21,595 bases of DNA from Candidatus Heimdallarchaeota archaeon (GCA_016840095.1 JAEOSZ010000108.1:1-21595), one strand, 5' to 3'; counted from the stretch's first letter, positions 1 to 8,302 are shown. Notes: generated by a model from the sequence alone, not told the origin. Numbers and translations are program-made.

Positions 1-114
1 ACCAATTATTGTTGGAAAAACACTTCTTGGTTGATCCTCGCCTGCAAAACCGTTCTTTGTAAAACCTGTACCGTTATCTATAACCAGCGGTTTATTTTGA
101 ATCATCTCTTCCAT
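1..114 (-). CDS. Actin (Asgard actin, Lokiactin-like), 5' end only, truncated by window edge
   Basis: Not in the ORF track. The reverse complement of 114..1 reads [38 protein letters not shown], which matches the actin phosphate-1 loop (eukaryotic [29 protein letters not shown]). An SD-like AAGTGA lies just upstream of the ATG. Confidence 0.96.
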   Translation of the reverse strand, partial: MEEMIQNKPLVIDNGTGFTKNGFAGEDQPRSVFPTIIG

Positions 115-185
115 AGATATCACTTTTTACTAGTTTTTATTGAATCCAAATTTAGGTTTGGTCTTATGGATTCTTAACCTTGAAG

Positions 186-202
186 TATATATTAAATGTT
201 TT
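186..202 (-). promoter_or_regulatory. Putative BRE/TATA for the actin gene
   Basis: Minus strand reads AAAACA-TTTAATATATA about 70-90 nt upstream of the actin ATG. The AT-rich context makes this uncertain. Confidence 0.35.
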
Positions 203-339
203 GATAGTTTTAGCCGCAATGACATGAACACTATCGTAGCTTTTATAAGCGAATTACAAGATTCTACAACGTTACAAGCGCTAGTTCCATCTAGAATAAA
301 TAATTGTTTTTTAATAAAAAAGGATTCAGAGTATTAGAA

Positions 340-1332
340 CTATAAACTACCATAATAAAGTAGATTTTCTCTAATCTCTTCTTCACTGAATCCTGCACTA
401 ATACCAACAATGATTCTAATCACATCCATTGTCTCTGCTAATTTCAATTCAAAGAAACCAATTAAGGCATCCATTTGAAGTACTGTTCCATATCTAAACG
501 TTTTCTTCCAATAATTCAGTAGATATCTTTCAACTGCAAATTCTAGCTCATGAAGAGGAACTTCTTTGGCACCAATATATTGTGCAAAAACTGTTCGATA
601 AGGAGTATAGTTATATCTCTCTAGAACTTCTTGAATACTTGAAGCATTGAGTCCTTTTGCAATGAAATTATTGGGTAAAATATATCGATATGCTGGGACT
701 CCCAAGGCAATACATCTACAGAGTGCTAGAATGTTTTTCATATTGACATATTTTTCATAGTGTTTCGATACTTTTGGAAGGATGCTGTAAACGTATTGAT
801 CAATAGCTGATTCCAAAGGAGTAAATCTGCCACTAGTCTTAAATTCCTCATTTGCTTTCCTTAGATATCTTTGTAAAATTTCATTCTTCTGGATTGAAAT
901 TATCTCATCAATTGATAGATTCATTAACCTCGAGTAGTAATCAATGGAATAATCAGCTACAGGAACTAGACGAGATAGTATCTCCTCATGCTTCATTCCC
1001 CTATAGTTACCTTGGAGCACTATTCGAAGATTTTCTGCATTGTATCTTTCACTGTAGTTCCTAAGTTTTTTCTTGACTGAAGAGCCTGCTTGTTTATAGA
1101 ACTTCAATAACAATTCAGAATAGGAATTTTTGAGATTTCTTGCTACATCTGAGATTTGGGTTTCAAAATTCAAGTCTCCAATTATAGCATCGTAAGAAGT
1201 TTGAGTAAAAGCTGCTCGTAGCTCTGTCAAATTTTTGGAAGATAATAACAGATTAATCTGAGATTTTGTTAGGAAGTTACCAATAACTCCATGAGCTCTT
1301 CCTAATATGTAACTTATATCTCCAACCGACAT
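340..1332 (-). CDS. atpC: A/V-type ATPase subunit C (V0 subunit d, vATP-synt_AC39 family)
   Basis: 330 aa. N-terminal YILGRAHG...LTKSQINLLLSSKNLTELRAAFTQTSY and C-terminal FFELKLAETMDVIRIIVG...SEEEIRE match the AhaC/NtpC/Vma6 pattern. Starts 1 nt after the subunit I stop, implying translational coupling. Confidence 0.88.
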   Translation of the reverse strand: MSVGDISYILGRAHGVIGNFLTKSQINLLLSSKNLTELRAAFTQTSYDAIIGDLNFETQISDVARNLKNSYSELLLKFYKQAGSSVKKKLRNYSERYNAENLRIVLQGNYRGMKHEEILSRLVPVADYSIDYYSRLMNLSIDEIISIQKNEILQRYLRKANEEFKTSGRFTPLESAIDQYVYSILPKVSKHYEKYVNMKNILALCRCIALGVPAYRYILPNNFIAKGLNASSIQEVLERYNYTPYRTVFAQYIGAKEVPLHELEFAVERYLLNYWKKTFRYGTVLQMDALIGFFELKLAETMDVIRIIVGISAGFSEEEIRENLLYYGSL

Positions 1333-1333
1333 T

Positions 1334-4300
1334 TTAACTACCTTTTTTTGGAACGAAATTTATGGCAACTAGTTTCTCTTTCAATGGTATGAATTCCTTT
1401 CCATCTCCTGTATAAAACTTTGTAAACCATTCTACCCAATGAAGCCTTAGTGTATTAAGGAAAGAAAGCAGCCCCTCTAATGGTAAGATAATACAGATTG
1501 CGAGCACTATTCCTACAATCCACCAAACCCATGAAATCATAAGTGCAGAAGCATAATGTCCATGTATTAGTCCTCCGAAATGACTCAAATCAATATGAGC
1601 AACATCTAGAAATGCTCCAGAGAAAGTTGATACCCCAGCTAAAAGATCTGTGCCTGTTAAAGTGAAAGGTAAACCACTTAGGATTGCATGAACTAACAGA
1701 AGAGCCATCAATCGACTGAAAGAAAGTGTGTTTGATATCAAGGCTAAAACATGATCTATTGCATCCATAATACCTTCTGATTTCGCATGTATATATTCCA
1801 AGACAAATAATACTGGAACTAACCCAACGAAATATACCAACCAAGATGGTAATGGCGGAAGCGTAAAGTGAAAAGCATGCCATACAATTCCTTCTCCAAC
1901 AATGATGTTGAATAGCAATGCGAATATTCCTACATAGACGATAGATAATGAAAGTGGAGCTCCCCATGAGGCAAATCCATGACCATATCTAATATTCTGA
2001 TAAACTTTCAACAAGACACCTAATTGGATCATTAGAAAACCTATTGTCAAAGCAACAATTAGGAACAGTTTTGTTTCATGTAGAGGATTAATGATTGGAA
2101 TCCAGTCAACACCTATTTTATGCATTAGATCTGGGATCAAATGCTCATCACCAAGTATTGAACCAAAGAAGAATCCAAATATCGTTGAGGATAATCCACA
2201 GAAGAGAAGAAGTTCCGCACCAGAATAAAGGTAACCTGTCATAGATTCGTCTGGCTCAATCTTATTCTTCTTTTTCTTATAGAGTAGGAATCCTGCTATT
2301 AAAGCTAACATGATTCCGTGACCAACATCTGCAAACATAATACCAAATAAAAATGGAAATGTAAATCTAATAATTGAATAGGGATCAACTTGCTTTGGAT
2401 TTGGTTGGCCTATACCACCAATAATTCCTCTAACTGCACCAAATACTTTTCCTCTTTTTGTAATTGCAGGATTAACTAGAGGAACATCAGGATTTTCTGT
2501 GATTTCTAAATCAAATGGTAAAGAATCCTTGCTCTTCTCTAGTTGTTTTAGACCTGCCTTAGAAATCCATCCCCAAAGGACAATCTTCCCTTCTGAAACC
2601 TGACACAATTCAAGTGAACTAAGTCTATTGTTCTCTACAGTAATAAGTTCTTCACAAGCCTTTAGTTTGCTTATGACAGAATCCTTTATGTTTTCAAGGG
2701 TTTTTTCTTTTTCTAAAAGCTCTTTTTCAAGTTCTTTCAATGTATCTTTCAATGAAACCTTTCTTTCTATTAGAGACAGATCTGATTCAATTGATTGAAA
2801 TGAATACTCACCCAATACACGAGAGATAGCTGTTTCGTATTCTTTCAAGGAGAGAACTAAGATATTTCTATCATTTGAACTTGAGTCTGTAGGCTCTGAG
2901 TCCCAAAAAATGAGATTATTATCAGTGACTTCATTCAAAAAGAATCTTACAGATTTTAGATTTGATTCAGGGATTACACCTAGGTGAGTAACTGTCTGAA
3001 ACCCACTTTGTAGTAGTACTGCATCTATCCCTCTATCTTGTAAGCCTTCTTCAAAAGGAAGAGATAGTTTTATCTGATCGCGTTTTCTTCTAATGTCTTC
3101 TACTAGTGAAAAAGAAGCATCAATTTTTTCTTCATTTTCACGTAGGAAATTTTCTATAAAGGCTTTTGAGTGTTCATAATCATCTACTATTTGAAATTGT
3201 TCAGGTTTATGATCTTTAACATCTTTAACTTTCAGAATATTAGATAATTTATTAATTCGAGCCTGATATTGGTTTAATTCTCCTCTCTGTTTAGAAATAT
3301 CCTCTAAGATATTATCGTTTAGAGATCCAATTTTTACAGGATGTACTGCATTAAGTGAGTATAAGTGTGATATGAATTGACGTGAAAACTTTTCTGGGCT
3401 TTCTAATCTAACAAAAAGAGATTTCTTTGCAAAAAGAAATCCTTCTCCTCCTCCTGAATGTGGTGGATGAGGAATGTGTTTTTCCAGCTCTTTTTCATCA
3501 CTCTTTGGTAATTTTTGTAGAAGTAATTCTTGTTCTCTATCTCTCTCTTTTTTACGAGATAATGGGACGTCTTCTAAAATAGTAACCTTGCTCTCAAATT
3601 CTAGAGATTCTATTTCACTAACAAATAATGAATAATCTTTTGAAATTACCCAGCCCCATAGAGTAAAGTTTTTGGTGGTTGTACGACCTTTTTCCTCTAA
3701 AGACAGAGTTTCATGAGTGGCTTTAATTAAAGTTAAATGATATCTTATTATCTCAGATAATTCTTCAGATAACACAGCAATATCGCTGGCTAATTTTTCT
3801 ATATCTTTAGTTACTTCCGAATGAAGACCTCCAATTTTTGTTGTTTTCCTTATTTCTTCTAAAGATTTGAGAATATCAAGATCAAACTTTGTTTCATCAA
3901 AATAATTCTCTTTTAGAATTTCAAGGATCCTATCCTTATAATCAATTAATGAGATACAGAGCATTACTTTCTTTTCTTCATCTTCTGTAGAGGTACTCCA
4001 TAAGAACAATTTTCCTGCAGTAATCTCATTAAGATAGAATTGGATAATTTCTTCATATGAACCATGAATCTCTCCTAGTACTGTGAATGTTTTTGAACCT
4101 GAAGATAATAGATCTATAGAAAATTCATCATCTATCTCACTTTGAAATTGTTTTAATGAAGAGAGAATTCTATTTTCTTTTTCTAATTTACTTAATTCAC
4201 TATTTTTGTTGTTTATTTGTTCTTCATATTCTTGGAGAAAATTATCCAGATTCTTAGTAATATCTTCATGATTTTGAACAAGAGCTAAATCATTCTCTTT

Positions 4301-4528
4301 TAGTGGTGGTAGATCTTCCAATTTAACGCTTAGAACATTTCCCAAATTCACTATTCTTTTCCACCTATCCTCCAAAATATCTTTAGTTGACTGTATTCTT
4401 GCTTGTTCTTTAGGACTCTGAGGATCTACAATTATCTGTTCATAAATATCAAGAGAGGATATCTTAGCCAATAGTGCATATGTATTTTTGACAGGTATCT
4501 GAACTTTTACTAGTTTAAACTTCGTCAT
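1334..4528 (-). CDS. atpI: A/V-type ATPase subunit I (V0 subunit a) with tandemly duplicated N-terminal cytoplasmic domain
   Basis: C-terminal membrane domain has FPFLFGIMFADVGHG, ISNTLSFSRLMALLLVH (essential Arg) and EGLLSFLNTLRLHWVEWFTKFYTGDG. There are two copies of the soluble domain, each ending in LWGW (residues ~291 and ~652). SD GGTGG lies upstream. Confidence 0.93.
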   Translation of the reverse strand: MTKFKLVKVQIPVKNTYALLAKISSLDIYEQIIVDPQSPKEQARIQSTKDILEDRWKRIVNLGNVLSVKLEDLPPLKENDLALVQNHEDITKNLDNFLQEYEEQINNKNSELSKLEKENRILSSLKQFQSEIDDEFSIDLLSSGSKTFTVLGEIHGSYEEIIQFYLNEITAGKLFLWSTSTEDEEKKVMLCISLIDYKDRILEILKENYFDETKFDLDILKSLEEIRKTTKIGGLHSEVTKDIEKLASDIAVLSEELSEIIRYHLTLIKATHETLSLEEKGRTTTKNFTLWGWVISKDYSLFVSEIESLEFESKVTILEDVPLSRKKERDREQELLLQKLPKSDEKELEKHIPHPPHSGGGEGFLFAKKSLFVRLESPEKFSRQFISHLYSLNAVHPVKIGSLNDNILEDISKQRGELNQYQARINKLSNILKVKDVKDHKPEQFQIVDDYEHSKAFIENFLRENEEKIDASFSLVEDIRRKRDQIKLSLPFEEGLQDRGIDAVLLQSGFQTVTHLGVIPESNLKSVRFFLNEVTDNNLIFWDSEPTDSSSNDRNILVLSLKEYETAISRVLGEYSFQSIESDLSLIERKVSLKDTLKELEKELLEKEKTLENIKDSVISKLKACEELITVENNRLSSLELCQVSEGKIVLWGWISKAGLKQLEKSKDSLPFDLEITENPDVPLVNPAITKRGKVFGAVRGIIGGIGQPNPKQVDPYSIIRFTFPFLFGIMFADVGHGIMLALIAGFLLYKKKKNKIEPDESMTGYLYSGAELLLFCGLSSTIFGFFFGSILGDEHLIPDLMHKIGVDWIPIINPLHETKLFLIVALTIGFLMIQLGVLLKVYQNIRYGHGFASWGAPLSLSIVYVGIFALLFNIIVGEGIVWHAFHFTLPPLPSWLVYFVGLVPVLFVLEYIHAKSEGIMDAIDHVLALISNTLSFSRLMALLLVHAILSGLPFTLTGTDLLAGVSTFSGAFLDVAHIDLSHFGGLIHGHYASALMISWVWWIVGIVLAICIILPLEGLLSFLNTLRLHWVEWFTKFYTGDGKEFIPLKEKLVAINFVPKKGS

Positions 4529-4572
4529 TCATTAGCCACCGATACTCTAACTAATCACGATAGGAGTTTTTG

Positions 4573-4592
4573 GGAAGATTTTAAAATCTTCC
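4573..4592. promoter_or_regulatory. Perfect 20-bp palindrome GGAAGATTTTAAAATCTTCC centred on a TATA-like TTTTAAAA; probable atpI-atpC promoter/operator
   Basis: The sequence is identical to its reverse complement and lies 45-64 nt upstream of the atpI start. Confidence 0.55.
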
Positions 4593-4670
4593 TCTCTGGC
4601 AGAAGCTAATATCCGAAAGGAGTTTACAAAATTTATTATTAATTCAGCAAAAAGAAAGCTGTTAATCATG

Positions 4671-4697
4671 AAATAAAAAAAAGAAAAAGAGGGAGGG
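4671..4697 (-). terminator. Oligo-T terminator after the SBP gene
   Basis: Minus strand reads CCCTCCCTCTTTTTCTTTTTTTTATTT about 10 nt after the stop codon at 4707; typical of archaeal U-tract terminators. Confidence 0.55.
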
Positions 4698-4706
4698 TTT
4701 AATGGT

Positions 4707-6524
4707 TTATTTCTTTCTATATCTTCTCAAAGCTTCAAGCACAGCTAATCCTAAGAAAGATAAGAATACTAACCCAGCAATACCGGTTGTGGTCGGATAT
4801 ATTGTTTCTCGTACTACATATCCTGCTTGCTCAACAAGGTCTAAAGCAAGATCTAAATCATAGATATAAGGTTCTAATGAGTCATCGTATCCAACTACTG
4901 AATCAGGGATTGCTGTAGTTGCAGGAGCACCAAGACCTTCAAGAATTTGGTCAACAATGATGTTACGTGGGCATGCATGACTTATAGCTTGTCTTAAGTA
5001 TTTAGCTGCTTCAGGAGTACCAAGGGGAGTTAATTCTCCAGTTCCAATTACTGGATGTAGCATGTTAACAGACATTTCTTGATGGGAAGGATCTTTGACT
5101 AGAATACCTTCAACACCAATTGGAGTGAAATCTGCAACTGATGGGAAGTATTGTGCATCCATAATATCGACAGTACCGGATATTAACTCAGCAACAGCTG
5201 TATCTTTTCCAGAAATATATGTTAAATAGAACTCATCTAAAAGTGGATCTTCACCACCAGATACAATTGAATCTGCCCAGTATGGATTAGGAACTAATTT
5301 CACGATACTATTGACTGAATCATATGTTTCCAACATAAATGGACCACATGATTTGACAAGTCCGTCTCCGACATTTCCAGTTAGTGGAACTTCATTAAAT
5401 ATAGAATATCCATAAGTGGAAATTAGAGGTGCAACAGTACTCTCGTCAACAATTTGTACTAAACCTAAAATGCTTTCCCAAAGGTTAAAGATACCATCAA
5501 AGTAGAACATTATTTGTCCACCTGCTCCTGGTATTGTTACTTCAATTGAAGCATTAGTTGGGAACCAATGAGTTAATGTTCCGTAATTTGATGATCCAAC
5601 TGCAGGAGTCATATGTAATTCGTAAGAATATGCAACATCCTCAGCTAAAACTGAAGTTCCATCACTGAATTTAATATCAGGGTCTAAATTAACAGTAACG
5701 TTAATCTGGTCATTGATAACTGGAGATACAGAAAAGTTCTCTGCGACTTGTGCTTCCCAAACATGAGAGTCTACAGCTCTTTGTACTAAAGCACCATACA
5801 TCATTTGCATCCATTGAGCATCATAAAATGATTCTACAACGTAGGTATTGTATTCTCTCAAATCTGCAGGGACAGCATATTTAATAATATGATCCGATGG
5901 ATCGTCCCAGTTTTCTCCTCGATGACCACCACTAGCTATTAAGAGTGTATCAATACCTGTTAGTCCTTCCTTGAATCCAAAAAGAGATCTTGGATATACT
6001 ATAGGAATAGATGGTAAATCTTCCATCAAAATTGCTTGTATTTGATAAGCTAGGTCTAATCTTGTTGGTGTATCAAGTTCAGCCATATAAAGATCTAAAA
6101 GAGCATCATAAGCTGCACTACTATATTGATAGTGATTGTCTCCGTCAGGAGTGATTGCTGTAGTTTCATATAGAGACTGCAAATTCAAATCTAGAGGCCA
6201 AGACCAACCAACAAAGAGGATATCATATCCTCCGTCAGCGTAGGTTGGGATGTAATCATAATTAATGAAAGGATACGACCATGTACGGGGGGCTATGTTT
6301 CCCCATCCTGTCGATTCATGAAAGTTAATGCCTATACCTATTTTAGGTAAGGTATTTTCCATTAATAGTGACCATTGATTCCTGGCTGCACTAGTATTTG
6401 GCGAAAGCAAGTCTAAATAGAAAACTGTATTTATTTCAACTTCTTGAGCTTGGATTTGTCCAATAGCCATTGAAAAGGTGAATAAAACCATTAGAGATAA
6501 TCCAAAAAGTTTTTTCTTATTCAT
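4707..6524 (-). CDS. ABC transporter substrate-binding protein, family 5 (OppA/DppA/NikA-like), circularly permuted, with signal peptide and C-terminal TM anchor
   Basis: Motifs IKFSDGTSVLAEDVAYSY, GPFML, LVPNPYW, LRQAISHA, YDLDLALDLVEQAGY and QAILMEDLPSIPIVY are present. N-terminal signal peptide (MNKKK + hydrophobic core + IQA). C-terminal PTTTG + TM helix + RRYRKK. SD GGTGA. Confidence 0.9.
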   Translation of the reverse strand: MNKKKLFGLSLMVLFTFSMAIGQIQAQEVEINTVFYLDLLSPNTSAARNQWSLLMENTLPKIGIGINFHESTGWGNIAPRTWSYPFINYDYIPTYADGGYDILFVGWSWPLDLNLQSLYETTAITPDGDNHYQYSSAAYDALLDLYMAELDTPTRLDLAYQIQAILMEDLPSIPIVYPRSLFGFKEGLTGIDTLLIASGGHRGENWDDPSDHIIKYAVPADLREYNTYVVESFYDAQWMQMMYGALVQRAVDSHVWEAQVAENFSVSPVINDQINVTVNLDPDIKFSDGTSVLAEDVAYSYELHMTPAVGSSNYGTLTHWFPTNASIEVTIPGAGGQIMFYFDGIFNLWESILGLVQIVDESTVAPLISTYGYSIFNEVPLTGNVGDGLVKSCGPFMLETYDSVNSIVKLVPNPYWADSIVSGGEDPLLDEFYLTYISGKDTAVAELISGTVDIMDAQYFPSVADFTPIGVEGILVKDPSHQEMSVNMLHPVIGTGELTPLGTPEAAKYLRQAISHACPRNIIVDQILEGLGAPATTAIPDSVVGYDDSLEPYIYDLDLALDLVEQAGYVVRETIYPTTTGIAGLVFLSFLGLAVLEALRRYRKK

Positions 6525-6600
6525 TTTTTTTTCACCACTAGTTTTTTAAAGCACACAAGATGTGAATAATCTCATGCGATGAGAATACATTCTATTGAAC

Positions 6601-6614
6601 ATTTATAAGTGTTC
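6601..6614 (-). promoter_or_regulatory. Putative BRE/TATA for the SBP gene
   Basis: Minus strand reads GAACA-CTTATAAAT about 80 nt upstream of the ATG. Confidence 0.4.
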
Positions 6615-6843
6615 TTTATAAAAGAGACTAAAACTCAAAAAATAGTGAAATATCAGAATGAAACGTTTCCTTTGAGGAATTTGAAGTTTCCACAGTTCTT
6701 ATTACCTTTCTAATTATTGGATTAATACTTTTCCAATAATTGAACTGATTTTTTTAGTTTTTTTTGAGAAGTTTTAGAAGAACAATATTTATTATGTTAA
6801 GAAGTAGTAATGTTTACTTAAGACATGGTTCTGTACAGAAGAG

Positions 6844-7701
6844 GTGTTTACATTAGATTTGATTGTCACTGGTAAGCAAGCTTCATTGGATTTTGAGGTC
6901 GGTTTAGTTTCCACGAGTAATAAATTCATTTTAGTAGATAGTTTAATTCAAGAATTAGATTTGTCACCTCTTTCAAAGTGCAAAAATCTACAAGAAGTAG
7001 TTCTTAGTTCGAACCATCTTACTGAGATAGATTTGAAACCTTTATCCAACTGCAAGAAACTTCAAAAATTGGATATCAGTCACAATCAGCTTCTCACAAT
7101 TGATTTGACACCATTAAGTAAGTGTACTAGTCTTGAAGTTGTATATTTTCAAAATAACCTTCTAAGTGAGGTTGATCTCACCCCTCTTCAGTTTATCAAA
7201 GAGCTTAGAGTTATTAATTTAGATTATAATTTACTTAATAAGGTTATTCTACCAAAGAACACTCAGTGGGACAATGTGGAAGAGTTAAGACTCTATAGTA
7301 ACTATCTTGAGAAAATTGACTTGAACGCACTTGAACAATGTAAAAAAATACGAGAAATTGATTTAGGGGATAATTTACTTTCTAAGATAAATTTGAAACC
7401 ATTCTATAATTATACACAAATTAATTCAATATCTTTGGAGAGAAATAAGTTAAAAGAAATCGATTTAAGTTCTTTGGATAAAAAACAACATTCCTATGTA
7501 TTATGCACAGATCCCAATGTTAAGTTGAAGAGATTTGATAAAGGAACTAAGATGGATAAAGCAAAGATAGTCTATTCTAAGGGTGAATACTATAGTGAAG
7601 AGCAAGAGCGTGTAATTAATCAATTTCTTAATTCTGAGAAGGAAGAAAAAAGACTTCAAAGAGATTACATATTGAATAAAACTTCTAAAAAACTAAATTA
7701 A
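6844..7701 (+). CDS. Leucine-rich repeat protein (24-residue repeats)
   Basis: Seven consecutive 24-aa repeats of consensus LxxIDLxPLxxCxxLxxLxLxxNx (e.g. LTEIDLKPLSNCKKLQKLDISHNQ) plus a partial eighth. The GTG start overlaps the SD GAGGTG, so the true start may be TTG at 6859. Confidence 0.9.
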   Translation: MFTLDLIVTGKQASLDFEVGLVSTSNKFILVDSLIQELDLSPLSKCKNLQEVVLSSNHLTEIDLKPLSNCKKLQKLDISHNQLLTIDLTPLSKCTSLEVVYFQNNLLSEVDLTPLQFIKELRVINLDYNLLNKVILPKNTQWDNVEELRLYSNYLEKIDLNALEQCKKIREIDLGDNLLSKINLKPFYNYTQINSISLERNKLKEIDLSSLDKKQHSYVLCTDPNVKLKRFDKGTKMDKAKIVYSKGEYYSEEQERVINQFLNSEKEEKRLQRDYILNKTSKKLN

Positions 7702-7732
7702 GATTTCAGAGTTAAACCCTGAAATAACAAAA

Positions 7733-8119
7733 TCACATACCAGCCAGAACTTCGACTGTTTCTGGTACATATCTCTTAATAACTTGCATTGCTAAACCTA
7801 CATTATGTAAATCTCTACTAGCACCAATTAAGATGTATTCACCCGCACTTGCTAGTATTGTAAACCCTTCTTCTCCTCTGATTAAAACTTGTTCCAAATC
7901 TCCATGTGCAAGATTTCCAGTTACCATTTTCCCTGTGGATAAGATTGCTGAAGAAACTGCACTTAGTAAATCAGGATCAGTTCCTTTTTCAGAAAAGAAA
8001 GCAACTTTTATTCCTTCAGCGTTTACAACTGCTAAAGCTTCTAGGTCACATCCTAAAGAGATTTGTTTTAGTATTCTTACTAATTGTTTTTTTTGCGCAG
8101 CTGATAGATCAATAGACAT
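7733..8119 (-). CDS. Roadblock/LC7 (MglB/LAMTOR2-like) domain protein
   Basis: 128 aa with ALAVVNAEG...DPDLLSAVSSAILSTG...GDLEQVLIRGEEGFTILASAGEYILI, the typical Robl_LC7 pattern. SD GGTG. Confidence 0.9.
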   Translation of the reverse strand: MSIDLSAAQKKQLVRILKQISLGCDLEALAVVNAEGIKVAFFSEKGTDPDLLSAVSSAILSTGKMVTGNLAHGDLEQVLIRGEEGFTILASAGEYILIGASRDLHNVGLAMQVIKRYVPETVEVLAGM

Positions 8120-8302
8120 TTTTTGACACCAATTTCCTCTACTCTAATTTATAGCAGACTAACACTATTAAACTTATCCAAAGTGCTCAGAGTGAAGAAC
8201 TGGATGACAATGAAAAGAGTTAGTAAATTTCCGACATTGTTAACTTGTTAAAGGAATGGTTTAGGATAAACATTTTTATTGTGGAAGAAAATCAGCTTCT
8301 AC

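Noticed and set aside
140-337. 65-aa + strand ORF
   Set aside because: TTG start, no SD or motif, and it lies antisense across the actin promoter region; probably spurious.
852-1967. ORFs 852..1064 (+) and 1590..1967 (-)
   Set aside because: Shadow or alternate-frame ORFs entirely inside atpC and atpI, with no recognisable features.
2460-4528. Assembly artefact causing the subunit I duplication
   Set aside because: The two copies are highly diverged in DNA and protein and are joined in frame by a unique linker, which indicates an old duplication.
6946-7470. CRISPR array or DNA tandem repeat
   Set aside because: The 72-nt periodicity is degenerate and fully explained by the protein LRRs.
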